Below, piece by piece: positions 1 through 13,900 of a DNA stretch of 64,000 nt. The notes beneath the pieces are model-generated. The model had not been told where the DNA came from. It saw only the letters and a program-made list of their open reading frames with translations, and did not search any database. The translations under genes and the position numbers were made by a program. Origin of the DNA: an uncultured Planctomycetota bacterium (GTDB lineage Bacteria; Planctomycetota; Planctomycetia; Isosphaerales; Isosphaeraceae); NCBI GenBank assembly GCA_963823665.1, contig CAWGMQ010000010.1, forward strand, positions 960,001 through 1,024,000, written 5' to 3'. Each line of letters starts with the position of its first letter. Position 1 is the stretch's first letter.

Positions 1-1900
1 TGGTACCGAAAAGGTCGAGGTATCCACCCGAGGCCTCGAGAGTGCCCGAGCTCGACCACCCGCTGCCATAGACCTCGATCGATCCATTGCTCGTATCGGC
101 GTCGATGGTTCCCTGGATGATCATCGGGGTCCCGGCACCACCGCCGTCGTACCCGATCTCGCCGTTATTACCTTCGATCGTGATGTTCGGTCCGATCGTG
201 AGCGTGCCGGTATCGGCGCCGCCGCTGGAAGCTGTGTTGATCTGGTTGTCGCTGGCCAAACCGAAAACGATCGAGCCCGTACCGGAGAGGGTCTGGGAAC
301 CCACAAAGTTAAGGACGCCCGTGTTGTAGCTATTCTGGTCCCCGAGGAGCATCGTGCCATTCAAATTCAGGCCGCCGGTCACAGTGATGACCGGTGCGAG
401 CAACGTGCCGGCGTCGACGTCGCCATCGATTGTGACACCGTCTGCGAACGTGCTGTTCCGAGAAACGTAGAGCTCGGCTGCATTCGTGGTGACAACGTCG
501 CCGCCGTCGATCTCTCCGCCATTGAGTGCGACGACCGTTCCAGAATTGTTGAGGGTGATTGTCCCGCCGGAATTGTCCACCGTCCCATTGATGTCAACGG
601 TGCCGCCGCCGGAGAATGACGCGTTCGAGCCGACTGAAAAGGTCCCGTCGAGGGAGACAATCGAGGAGGGATCTGCCGAAACGACGCCGTTGTCGGTCCA
701 CGTGCCGACCGCTTCAACGTAGCCGTAGGACGTGGCTGAGATCGTGCCCGTGCTCGTCCAGTTGGTGCCGAACAGGTCGAGTGCGCCGCCGGTCGCTTCG
801 AGAGTACCAGAGCTCGACCAGCCGCTGCCGTACATCTCGATATCTCCACCGCCCGTATCCTCGTCGACGGTGCCCTGGATGACGATCGGAGTTTGCGCGA
901 TGCCGCTATCAAACCCGATCAGGCCGCTGTTGCCGTCGATGGTGATGTTTGGTCCGACGGTGAGGGTGCCGGTATCGCTGCCGCCCGACGAAGCGGTGTT
1001 GATCTGGTTGTCGCCACTCAAGCCGAACAGGATCTCGCCGGTGCCGCCCAAGGTTTGCGAGCCCGTGAAATTGAGAATCGCCGGTTGGCTGACCTGCCCG
1101 CTCCCCAGCAAAATCGTTCCGTTCAATGTCAAACCACCGGTGACGTCGAGAACGGGACTGTTCTCGACCATGTGGACAGTACCGTCAACGGTGACACCGT
1201 CTGCGAAAGCGCTGGTGCCATAGATGGTGAGTTCGGCTCCATTCGAGGTGACAACGGTGCCGCCATCGATCTCTCCACCCGACAGCACGAACGAGAGCCC
1301 TGAGTCGTTCAGGGTCAATGTTCCGCCGGAATTGTCGACCGTGCCGCTTACCTCAACAGCGCCCGAGCCGGCGAACGAGGCGCTCAAGCCGACCGAAAAG
1401 GTTCCGAACAGGCCAACGGAGGACAAGAAATCGGTGGAAATGGCCGCATCGTCGGTCCACGTGCCGTTCGCTTGAACGTAGCCTCCGGAAGTGGCTGAGA
1501 TCGTGCCGGTGGTCGTCCAGTTAGTCCCGAAGAGGTTGAGCTGGCCCGTGCCCGTGGCTTCGAGTGTGCCGGAGCTCGTCCAGCCCGTACCGAAGATGCT
1601 GATAGTTCCTGCCGTCGCATCCGCGTCGACCGTGCCCTGGAAGACGAGCGGGGTTTGTGTGCCGCCGTCGTCGTACCCGATGTAGCCGCTATTTCCCTCG
1701 ATCGTGATGTTCGGCCCGATGGTCAGTGTGCCGGTGTCGCTGCCGCCTGAAGATGCAGTGTTGATCTGGTTGAAGCCGCTATAGCCAAAGACAATCGAGC
1801 CGGTGCCGCCCAGGGTCTGCGTACCCACGAAATTGAGGATGCCATTCGTGTTGTATCCCGACTGGTCTCCCATCAAGATCGTGCCGTTAAGCGTCAGACC
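1..1900. repeat. Three ~760-bp imperfect tandem units within the giant gene
   Basis: Homologous blocks recur at ~1-390, ~745-1150 and ~1503-1900 (e.g. ...gagagtgcccgagctcgaccacccgctgcc / gagagtaccagagctcgaccagccgctgcc / gagtgtgccggagctcgtccagcccgtacc). Confidence 0.75.
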
Positions 1901-4900
1901 GCCCGTCACGGTGAGCTGCGCTGCGTTGTTCGTCGCCATGTCGACCGTGCCGTTGATCGTGACGCCGCCTGCAAGGGTGTTATTACCGTTGCCGGTTACC
2001 ACGAGCTCGGCCCCATTCGTCAAATTGATCGTGCCGCCGTCGATCTCGCCGCCGTTGAGCGTCATGGCTGCGCTCAAGTCCGCGGTGGTTCCGATTGTGA
2101 GACTGCCGGCGAGGAGCATGATCGGATCCGAGCTCGTCAGGCTGTTCACGGCGTCGGCGACTGCGGAACTGTGAGTGATCGGGTTCGACACAGCGATGGA
2201 GATCGAGACGTCGTTGCCCGCCGTGGGAACGGTATCGTCCGACCAGTTGCTGGGGTCGTCCCAATCACCGCCGCTCGGGTTGATCCACGAGACAGAATTG
2301 CTTTGAGCGACGATCGTGTCTGCCGAGAACTCCGAAGTATTGCCAGAAAGATCCGTCGCCGTCGCCGTCACGTAATTGCCGGGCGCAATCTCACTCGGAG
2401 CCCCAACCGAGAATGCACCCACGCCCATGTAATTCGTCATCACGTCGGCAGAAGTGAGATAGGTCTGTCCCTGGCCATATCCCGAGGGGTCGGCCGCGGG
2501 GTTGCTGAAGAACTGGAGGAGGTAAGTCGTGTCCGGCGTCTCGGTGATCGTTCCATCGAGCGTTGTCATGCCGCCGACCGTGACGGCCGACGTGATCACC
2601 GGAAAATCCTGGAACAGGTTCGGTCCCGTGTGGCCGCTCGAGTCGTTGAGCACGACGACGCCTTCATCGCCCAGGTTGATCCCGAGCCCGGAGTTCGCGT
2701 AGATTTCGTTTGTGAGAATGGCGTTGCCGGTCGCATTGTCGCCCGCACCGTAGCCGACCACGACGCCGTCGCCCCCGCAGTAGGCGATGATGTTGCCGTC
2801 GCCCGCGGCTGTTCCGCCGATCGTGTTGTCCGACGAATTGTCGCCGATGGATATGCCGAATCCAACACTTCCCACGGCAATGGTACCGCTTCTGTCGGTG
2901 CCGATCTCGTTGCCCTCAACGAGGTTTCCGGTGGTGGCTGTTCCCTGAATAAGGATTCCCTCGCCGCCGCCCGAGATGACGTTGCCCGCCAGGGCGGTGG
3001 TGCCGCCGACCGTGACGTCGGACGTGCCGCCGCCGATTAACATTTCGGGCTTCCCGTTGCCCAGCCGGAGCGTCCCGGTGATGTCGGTGCCGATGTTGTT
3101 GCCGGCGATCAGGATATTGGAGGTGTCGTTCAAGTCGACGCCGTACGAGTAGTTGCCCGAGATGACGTTGCCCGCGCCCGCGACAGTGCCGCCGATCGTG
3201 GTGCCCGACGTACCGGACAACAGGTACACGCCAACTCCCTGGTTGCCCAGCGCGACATCACCGGTCGCGTTCGTGCCGATCAAGTTACCTTCAATCAGGC
3301 TGCTTCCCGCCAGGAGTGTCAGTCCGCCGGCGTCATTTCCGGAGATGACATTTCCGGCTCCCGCGCTTGTCCCGCCGATCGTGTTCCCGGTGCCGGATTG
3401 GATCTCGATGCCGCCGCTGCCATTGGGGATGGCGAACGTGCCGGTCGGGTCGATGCCGACGTAGTTTCCCGCCACCAGGTCCATGATCCCGCTGGTGATA
3501 AAGATTCCGCCGGCTCCATTCCCCGAGACGACGTTACCCGCGCCGGATCCGGTCCCGCCGATCACGTTGTGTCCTGTGTGTGTTCCCTGGCTGGAGACGG
3601 AACCGCTCGACGATGATCCGCCTGGCGATGATCCGCTCTGCGATGATCCGCTCGACCCGTCGCTGACGAGAATGCCCGTGCCCGCATTGGAGAGTGCAGA
3701 CGTGCCGCTTTCATTGGTGCCGATTCGATTGCCTTGCACCACGTTGTCAAATGTGTCCAGAAGCTCGACGCCTGTGCCGGTGTTGCCGGAAATCAAGTTG
3801 CCCGCGCCGGCCGCGCTGCCGCCGATCGTGTTCTGCGACGCTCCAGCTTCGACCGCGACCCCACCCGCATTGGGGACCGCGCCGCCGCCACTCACGTCGG
3901 TGCCGATCAGGTTGCCTTGGACCAGGTTGTCCGTGGTGCCCGAGCCGGTGATCTCGACCCCGTCGCCGGCGTTGCCCGAGATCAGGTTGCCCGCACCAAG
4001 GGCGGTGCCGCCGATCGTGTTGCCGGAGGCGCCGGTATCGAGCTCGACGCCGGCGCCGTTGCCGATCGCGAGCGTGCCCGTGAAGTCGGTGCCGATCTTG
4101 TTGCCCACGATCAGCGTGAAGCCCGAGCCCGTGAGAATGATGCCGTCCTGGGTGTTGCCCGAGATCACGTTGCCCGCGCCTGCGGCCGTGCCTCCGATCG
4201 TGGTGAGGCTCGCGCTGCTGGCGACCTCCACGCCGCTGGCGGCGTTGGCAACCGCGAAGGTGCCCGTCGGGTCGGTCCCGATAAAGTTGCCCTCGACCAG
4301 GTTGGCACTGGTGCCGTTGTCCGAGATGATGACGCCGTCGCCGTCGTTGCCCGAGATCACGTTGCCGGCACCTGTGCCGACACCGCCGATCGTGTTGTTC
4401 GTCGCGCCGGCGTCGATGATCACACCCAATCCCTGACCACCCAATGCGACGGTGCCGGTTTTGTCCGTACCGATGAAATTGCCTTGAACGAGGTTGTCGG
4501 TGGCCCCGCCGGCGCCGTAGATATCCAATCCGCCGGTAACATTACCCGAGATCACGTTCGAGGCGCCTGTAGCCGTGCCGCCGATCGTGTTGTTTGATGC
4601 TCCCGAATAGATGTCCACGCCGTAACTGTTATTGGCCAGGACGACGGTGCCGGTAGAGTCGGTCCCGATGTAATTTCCCTCGACAAGGTTGTTGTTGGCT
4701 CCCTGACCGACGATGCTCAAGGCGTAGCCGCTGTTGCCCGAGATCACGTTGCGTGCGCCTGCGACCGTGCCGCCCAAGGTATTCATCGCGCCCTGGATCA
4801 GCACGCCTCCAGCGCCGCCGAGCGCGACGGTGCCGGTCGCATCGGTGCCTAGGAAGTTCTCCGCCACGACGTCGGCCGTGTCAACAATGGCGAGATTGAA

Positions 4901-7900
4901 ATTATTATTGCCGGCGACGACATTGCCAGAGCCGGACACTGTGCCGCCGATCGTGTTCCCGGTGCCGTCCCGCGTCATGATGCCGCTGCCATTGGGGATG
5001 ACGAACGTGCCGGTCGGGTCGACGCCGACGTAATTACCCGCCACCAGGTCCATGATCCCGGCGGTGATAAAGATTCCGCCGGCTCCATTCCCCGAGACGA
5101 CGTTACCCGCGCCGGATCCGGTCCCGCCGATCACGTTCGAGCCCGTGTTCGAGCCGGGACCCGATGTGTATCCTCCGCTGGTCGTTTGGGCCGCGGAATG
5201 TTGCGAAAGCGAAATGCCGTACGCGGAATTCGCCAGCGCCGATGTGCCGCTTCGATCGAGCCCGATGCGGTTCCCCTGTACGTAATCCTGATAACCGTCG
5301 ATGATCTGGACGCCGTCGCCTTCGTTGCCCGAGATCAGGTTGCCCGCACCTGAGGCAGTACCGCCGATCGTATTCTGCGCCGCCCCACCGTAAATCTTCA
5401 CGCCTGCGCCGTTCTCAAATGCCACGGTGAGCGTGCCGTCCGCATTGGTGCCGATCAGGTTGCCCGCGACGACGTTGTCGGTGGTCCCGTGCCCGTAGAT
5501 GATGACGTCTCCAACGGCGTTGCCCGAAATCAGGTTTGCAGCGCCGGCCGTGGTTCCGCCGATCGTATTGCCGGTCGCGAAGTACTCGATTAAGACGCCG
5601 AAACCGGCGCCGTTGCCAAGTGCAGAAGCTCCGTCGAGCGTTGTTCCGATCCTGTTGCCTTCGACAACGTTGTCGGTCGCCGTGCTGCTCGAAATCTGGA
5701 TGCCGGCACTCATGTTTCCCGAGATCAGGTTTTGCGCCGCGGCGACTGTGCCGCCAATCGTGTTGGAACCTCCGGCGACCACGACGCCGAACACGTCGTT
5801 CGGCAAGGCGACCGTGCCAGTGATATCGGTCCCGATCATGTTGCCTGCGACCACCTCGCCGCTGTTCTCGATCTCGACACCGTTCCCCGAGTTGCCTGAG
5901 ATCAGGTTGCCGGCCCCCGCGGTTGTTCCACCGATCGTGTTGTCGCCGGCATCAATATCAATGCCGTCGCCGTCATTGGCCAGGGCCGCGCTGCCGTCGA
6001 AGTTGGTTCCAATCTTGTTCCCTTCAACCAGGTTGCCGGTGGCCCCGATATACAGAGTGATCCCGGCCGAGCTGTTGCCGGAGACGACGTTGCCCGCGCC
6101 GGCCGTCGTACCGCCAATCGTGCTCCCCGTGCCGACCGAGAAAATCCCCTCGGAGCCGGGCACCGCGACGGTTCCCGAAATATCGGTGCCGATCAGATTG
6201 CCGGCGATCAAGTTGGACCCGGCGTCATCGATGCCGTACAGGCCGTTGCCCGAGATGACGTTGCCCGACCCGGCAGCCGTCCCGCCAATCGTGTCGCTAA
6301 AAGCGAAGATGCCATAGCCGTCGTTGGCCAGGGCCGTCGTTCCTGACACACTCACACCGATCAAGTTGCCGGCGATCAAGTTAGACCCGTTGGCGTCGTA
6401 GATGCCGCTGAAGGTATTGCCCGAGATCACGTTGCCGGCGCCCGTGCCCGGCGTGGCCGTCAATCCGCCAATCGTGTTGCCGGAGGAACCTCCCCTTATC
6501 CCCACGCCGTTGCCGCCGTTGCCGATCGCCGCATCACCAGTGACGCTGGTGCCGATGAAGTTGCCCGCGATCAGGTTGTCGCTGCCGTCCAACAGGACGC
6601 CGTCGTTCGTGTTGCCCGAGATCACGTTGCCCGCGCCGGCGGCCGTGCCGCCGATCGTGTCAGCGCTGGCAGAACCGTCGATGCCGTCGCCGATGTTAGC
6701 CAGGGCCACAGTGCCGGCAGCGTCCGTGCCGATCAGGTTGCCTGCGATCAAGTCGGACCCGCCGAGGTCGTTGATGCCGGCCCGGGTATTTCCCGAGATC
6801 AGGTTGCCCGCGCCTGTGCCCGGCGTGGCCGTCAATCCGCCGATCGTGTTCCCGGTGGCACCGCCACCGATCCCGATGCCATAGACGCCGTTGGTGATCG
6901 CCACCGTGCCGGTAATATCGGTGCCGATCTTGTTGCCCGCGACCAGGTTGCCGGAGCCGCCGACATAGATGCCGTAGTGCCCGTTGCCCGAGATGACGTT
7001 GCCCGCTCCGGCAGCCGTCCCGCCGACCGTGTCGTCGTTTGAAACGTCGATGCCGTCGGTCGCGTATGCCAGGGCCACGGTGCCTGCGGCGTCTGTACCG
7101 ACGAGATTGCCTTCAATCAGGTTGTCGCCGCTAGACAAGTCGATGACGCCGGCACCGTAGTTGCCGGTGAGCAGGTTGCCGGCTCCGGTTCCCGGCGTGG
7201 CCGTGAGTCCACCGATCGTGTTGCCGCTGGCATCAAGAATGATGCCTTGGCTGGTGTTGGCCAGGTCCGCGGAGCCGTCGCTGTTGGTTCCAATCTTGTT
7301 CCCTTCGATGAGGTTGGCTGAGGCATAGACCATGATTCCACCATGGATGTTGCCTGAGATGACGTTGCCCGCGCCGGCCGTCGACCCGCCGATGGTGCTC
7401 CCCCCGACCCAGATGTAGATCCCCGGATAGTCGTTCGGCACCGCGATGGTCCCCGAGGAATCGGTGCCGATCAGATTGCCGGCGATCCAGTTGGCCCCCG
7501 AGTCAGAGATTCCGTCCCCGAGGTTGCCCGAGATGACGTTGCCCGCCCCGGCGGCCGTGCCGCCGATCGTGTCGCCCCCGGCGTCTAAATCCATGCCGTC
7601 GCTGGCATTGGCCAGGGCCACGGTGCCTGAGGCGCTCAAACCGATCAAGTTGCCGGCGATGACGTTGGACCCGCCGCGATCGCCGATGCCGACGCCGTCA
7701 TTGCCCGAGATCACGTTGCCGGCGCCCGAGCCCGGCGTGGCGGTCAATCCGCCGATCGTGTTGCCGGAGGCACCGGAATCGAGCCCGACGCCCCAGCCGT
7801 TGGCGATCGCCACCGTGCCGGCAATGTCGGTGCCGATGTAGTTGCCCATCACGGAGTTTCCTGTGGCGCCTGAGCCAACAAAGCTAACGCCCGCGCCGGT

Positions 7901-10900
7901 GTTTCCCGAAATCACGTTGCCCGCGCCGGCGGCCGTCCCACCGATCGTGTCACCGCGGGCATAGACATCGATGCCGTCCCCCTTGTTGCCCACGGCCACG
8001 GTGCCGCTCGAGTCGGTGCCGATCAAGTTGCCGGCGATCCAGTTCGACCCGCCAAGGTCGGCGATACCGGCCGCGTTGTTGCCCGAGATCAAGTTGCCGG
8101 CGCCTGTGCCGGGAGAGGCCGTCAATCCGCCGACCGTGTTGCCGGTCGAGCTGCTATAGAGATCAACGCCGCCGTCGACGTTGGCGATGGCTGCCGTCCC
8201 CGTCACGTCGGTGCCGATCTTGTTGCCCGCGAGCAGATTGTCGTTGCCGTCGAACAGGATTCCTACAGCAATATTGCCCGAGATGATGTTGCCGGCCCCG
8301 GCGGCCGTCCCGCCGATCGTGTCGCCTGCATTCACCTGCACGCCGTTGCCGTTGTTGGCCAGGGCCACCGTTCCACCGGCGGCCAAACCGATCAAGTTGC
8401 CGGCGATCAGGTTGGAGTGGCCAAGGTCGTTGATGCCGAAAACGTTATTGCCCGAGATCACGTTGCCGCCGCCTGTGCCCGGCGTGGCCGTCAATCCGCC
8501 AATCGTGTTGCCGGAGGCACCCGGATCGATCTCGACGCCGCCTTGGCCGTTGGCGATCGAAACCGTGCCGGTTATGTCGGTGCCGATCAGGTTGCCTTCG
8601 ACCACGTTAGCCGTGGTTCCGGTTTCGCTGATTTCAATGCCGTAGTCGGTGTTGCCCGAGATGACGTTGCCGGCCGCGGTGCCCGGCGTCGCCGTCGTGC
8701 CGCCGATGGTGTCGCCCGTCGTCCCGCCCTGGAGCAGGATCCCGTCGATGCTGTTGCCCAGGGCCGCCGAACCGGCACTCGAAAGCCCGATGAGATTTCC
8801 CTGGACCACGATGTCGGTTGCGCCGTCCAGGATGTTGATCCCGTAGACATTGCCTGAGATCACGTTGCCCGCACCGGCTGCGCTGCCGCCGATCGTATTC
8901 GCCTGGGCATAGGCGACGACGATGCCTTCGCCGGTGTTGCCCAGCGCGACCGTGCCTGACTGATCCGTGCCGATCAGGTTGCCCTCGATGATGTTGCCGG
9001 TCGCACCCACCTCGTTGATGTCGATGCCACGCAGGTTGCCGCTGATCACGTTGGCGGCGTCGGCCGATGTTCCACCGATCGTGTTGTCGGTCGCGCCGTC
9101 GACGAGGATCCCGGCGTTGGTGGTGTTGCCGAGGATGTGCTCGCCGGTCGCGTCCAGGCCGATCAGGTTGCCCTCGACCACGTTTCCAGTGGCGGCGGGG
9201 CCGTCGAGCCAGAGACCCCATCCGGTGTTGGGGTCGCCGCCCCCGTAGCCGATGTTGCCCGAGATGATGTTGCCGGCCCCGGCGGCCGTTCCGCCGATCG
9301 TGTTGCTGGCGCCGACGATCAGCAGTCCATTCAGGTTGTACAGCGAGACGGTGCCGGTGATATCGGTGCCGACCTTGTTTCCTTCGATGAGATTGGCGGT
9401 GGACGTGTTACCAATGACCAGGCCGTCGTCGCTGCTGGAGATCACGTTGGCGGCGCCTGGGGTCGTACCGCCGATCGTATTGAGAGTGGCGCCTCCGGTG
9501 ATCGAAATCCCGGCGCCCCCGTTGCGAATCGAAACGGTACCGGTGATGTCGGTGCCGATCAGGTTGCCTTCGACGAGGTTGCCGGTGGAACTCGTGCCGA
9601 TCAAGTCCAGCGCGTCGCTGCTCGAGCCGGCGAGCACGTTGGCGGCTCCGGCGGTCGTCCCGCCGATCGTGTTGTCCGGACCGTCGACCTCGATGCCGGC
9701 ACCTCCGGTCGTCAACTTGACCGTACCGGTGATATCCAGACCGCTGATATTGCCCTCGACCAGGTTGTCCTGGGCCCCGTGCTCAAGCCAGATGCCGGTG
9801 TTGGTCAGAATGTTTCCCGCGCCTGAGACGATGCCGCCGATCGTGTTGCCCGAATCGATCAAGTCCGCGGCGGTCGTGCCGATGACGATGCCTTGCGTTT
9901 GTCCGACGACGGCCGTCCCGGTCGGGTTGGAATCGATCAAGTTGCCCTCGACCAAGGTGTCGCTGGTGAGGAACATCGCATACGCGGTGGGATTTCCCAC
10001 AATGACGTTGGCGGCGCCTGAGACGGTGCCGCCGATCGTGTTCCCCTCCGCGGCGTTCAGCTCCCAGATGTCGAAGTTGTAGTTGGCCACGACGGCGGTG
10101 TCGGCGACGTTTGAGCCGATGTAGTTGCCCTCGATCAGGTTGGCGGTGGCTCCCGAATAATCGAGGCTGATGCCCTCACTCCCCGCCCCGGAGATCACGT
10201 TGCGAGCCGCGCCGATCGTGCCGCCGATCGTGTTGCCCGCCGATTCGATCTGGAGGTCCACCGGGGTCGCCGAAGAAAGCGAGGTGGTGCCCGCAACGTC
10301 GAGGCCGACAACGTTGCCTTCGACGACGTCGTCGGTCGCGCCCGAGCCGTCGAGCAGGATGTTTACATCGGCGTTCGCCGAAATCACATTGAGCGAGCCG
10401 GCCGCGGTGCCGCCGATGGTGTTGCCGATGCTCAGCACCTCGACGCCGAAGCCGCTGTTGGGAAGGGCGTTTTCTCCGGTCACATCCGTGCCGATCAGAT
10501 TGCCGAGCACCACGTTGTCGTCGGCGGCCACCTGGATCTCGACACCATCATTCGTGTTGCCCGAGATCACGTTGCCGGCGCCGGTGCCGGCCGTGGCGGT
10601 TACACCGCCGATCGTGTCGCTTCCGGAGAACGACCCGATCACGACGCCGTTGTAGTTGGGAAGGGCCACGGTCCCGGTGATATCCGTGCCGATCAGATTG
10701 CCCACGACGAGATCGCCGCTGCTGTTGAACTGGACGCCGGCATTCGTGTTTCCCGAGATCACGTTGCCCGCGCCCGTGACCGTGCCGCCGACCGTGTTCG
10801 ACGCCGTGCTGGAGCTGTAAAGCTGGACGCCGTAGGCATTCGGTATGGCGAATGTACCGCTCGCGTCCGTGCCGATCAGGTTGCCCTCGACGAGGTTGTC

Positions 10901-13900
10901 GGCTGGGGCATTGATCGTGTCGATCTCGATGCCGATGTTATTGCCCGAGATGAGATTGCCCGCGCCGGAGGCTGCACCGCCAATCGTGTTGGTGTTGGAC
11001 TGAACCCGCACGCCGTGTTCGTAGTTCCCCAACGCCGCCGTTCCCGCGCTGTTGGTGCCGATCTTGTTGCCTTCGACCAGGCTGCCGCCGGCAAGGAGGT
11101 CCACGCCGTCGACGTAGCTCGCGGAGATGACATTGCCCGCCCCTGCGGCCGTGCCCCCGATCGTCAAGCCCGTTGCGTCGGGGCTCACGAAAACGCCATA
11201 GTCATTGGCCAGACCCGCCGCGCCGCTTTCGGTCGTTCCGATCAGATTGCCCTCGATCAGGTCGTTCGCTCCGGTGACATCGATTCCGTTATCGGTATTG
11301 CCCGAGATCACGTTCACGGCGCCGGAGGCCGTTCCGCCCACGGTGTCGTTTGAACCGCCGACATACACGCCATCACCGCCATTGGGGATGGCGAAGGTTC
11401 CGGTTGAGTCCGTCCCCACCAAGTTGCCCGCGATCAGGTCAAATTGATCGCTGTCCCCGATTCCGGCGTATTCGTTCCCGGAAATGACATTGCTTGATCC
11501 GGCCGCCGTGCCGCCAATCGTGTTTTGCGACGCACCCGTGAAGTCAATTCCGTCCTCGTTGGCGAGCGCCGCGTTGCCGGCCGCATTCGTGCCAATCAAG
11601 TTCCCCAGGACGACGTTGCCCGTGGTTCCGGAGTCGTAGAGCGACACGCCGTCGCTCGCGTTCCCGGAGATAACATTGGCCGCGCCGAGGCCGCGCCGCC
11701 GATCGTGTTGTCCGTGGCGCCGTCGAAGATGCCCACACCGACTCCGTCGTTCGCGATTGCGACGGTGCCGGTGACATCGGTGCCGATATAGTTCCCCAGA
11801 ACGACGTTTTCCGACGCTCCGGCCCCTACGATGTCGACGCCATCCAGGGTGTTGCCCGAGATCAGGTTGCCCGCGCCGGCCGCCGTGCCGCCGATCGTGT
11901 TGGCCGTTGGACCCAGGTAGATGTCGACGCCAACGACGGTGTTGGGCACCGCGACGGTGCCGGCCAGGTCGGTGCCGATCTTGTTGCCCAGCACAACGTT
12001 GCCCGTCGTGCCTGTGCCGTCGATGGCAATGCCATCGCCGACATTGCCGGAGATCAGGTTGCCGGCGCCCGAGGCGGTGCCGCCGATCGTGTTGTCGATT
12101 GCGCCGCCATCCACGATCATCCCGGCTTCCGTATTGCCCAGCGCCACGGTGCCGGTGATATCGGTTCCGATCAAATTCCCCTCGACCAGATTGTCGTCTG
12201 CTCCGATGTAGACGCCGGTGGCGTTCCCTGAAATCACGTTACCGGCGCCCATGGCCGTGCCGCCAACCGTGTTGTCTGCCGAGTAAAGGTCCACACCGTC
12301 GCCGTAGCCGTTGCCGATCGCGACTGTGCCGGTATAGTCGGTGCCGATCAGGTTGCCCACGATCACCTCGAAGGCGCCTTGGACGCTGATCCCCGAGTAT
12401 GTGTTGCCTGAGACCACGTTGCCTGCGCCCGCCGCCGTGCCGCCGATCGTGTTGCCCGAATTGCCGAAGAAGAAGAAACCGTAGGAGTTGGCAAGCGCCG
12501 CGGTGCCCGCCTCGTTGGTACCGATCAAGTTCCCTTCGAAGACGTTGGCGCTGGCTCCCGTCCCCGTGAAATAGATCCCGTATTGGCTGTTTCCCGAGAT
12601 CACATTGGCGGAAAACCCGCCGATCCCACCGATGGTGTTGTCCGACGCGCCCAGGTCGAATGTGATCCCGAAGGCATTGGGCAGCGCAACGGTGCCGGTC
12701 ACGTCGGTGCCGATCAGGTTGCCCGCGACCACGTTGCCGTTGGAGGTGTTCCCTGTGATCTCGACGCCGTTCGTCGTGTTGCCCGAGATCAAGTTGCCCG
12801 CGCCGGAAACCGTGCCGCCGATCGTGTCCGATAGGCCCCCATTAAGCTGCACGCCGTCGGCGCCGCCGCCGAGGGCGACCGTGCCGGTCTTGTCGGTGCC
12901 GATGTAGTTGCCCGCCACGACATCAGCCGTGTCGGAATCGATTTCGACATTGTTCGATCCATTTCCGGCGATGACGTTGCGTGCGGCGGAGGTCGTACCC
13001 CCGATGGTGATGCCGGTCCCGTTGCCGCTATCGATGCCGTCCAGAGTGTTCGAGATCGCCACGGTGCCGGCGGCATCGGTGCCGATGTAGTTCCCGGCGA
13101 TGAGGTCGTCCGTGGAGTCGAAGAGATAAATCCCGCCGCCGCTATTGCCGGAGATGACGTTGCGGTAGCCGGCGCTGGGGCCGCCAATGGTGTTTGCGGA
13201 CGCGCTCGAGACGATGTCCACGCCAACGCCGCCGTTAGCAAGCGCCGTGCCGCTCGAGTTGAGGCCAATCGTGTTCCCCGCCACGACATTGTCGCTCGTG
13301 CCCGAGTCGGTGATCTCGATCCCTTTTTGCGTGTTGCCCGAGATGATATTGGCGGCGGCCGATGTGCTTCCGCCGATCGTGTTGGCGGTGGCGCTGGCCC
13401 CAATTATCACGCCGTTTACGTTGGCCAGCGCGACCGTTCCCGCGGTGTTCGTGCCGATCAGGTTGCCCGCGACCACGTTGTCGGATGTACCCGTGTCGTA
13501 GATGCCGACCCCGGCGTAGGTGTTGCCGGAGATGATATTCTTGGGGCCAATCGTGTTGTCTGTCGGGCCGCCATCCGCGTCGCCGAAAAAGAGGATGCCG
13601 GTGGAGTTGCCCAGCGCGGTGTCGTTCGCGGAATCCGTACCGATGTAGTTATACTCAACCACGTTGCCCGACGTTCCCGTGTTGCCGACGGTCATTCCGT
13701 CTACCGTGTTGCCCGAAATGACGTTGGCTGACGCATACGAACTGCCGCCGATCGTGTTACTGGTCGAGCCTGCCTGCACCAGCACGCCAGACTGGTTGGC
13801 CAGAACCATCCCGCCGGTGGCGGCTGTGACGCCAACGAGATTCTGCATTACCAGGTTGCCGGAAGCCCCGTCAAGCGAGATCCCGTAGACATTGCCGGCG

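Noticed and set aside
3413..5137. Repeat pair as the template/variable repeats of a diversity-generating retroelement
   Set aside because: Mismatches are not adenine-specific, both copies are in-frame coding, and no reverse transcriptase is in the window.
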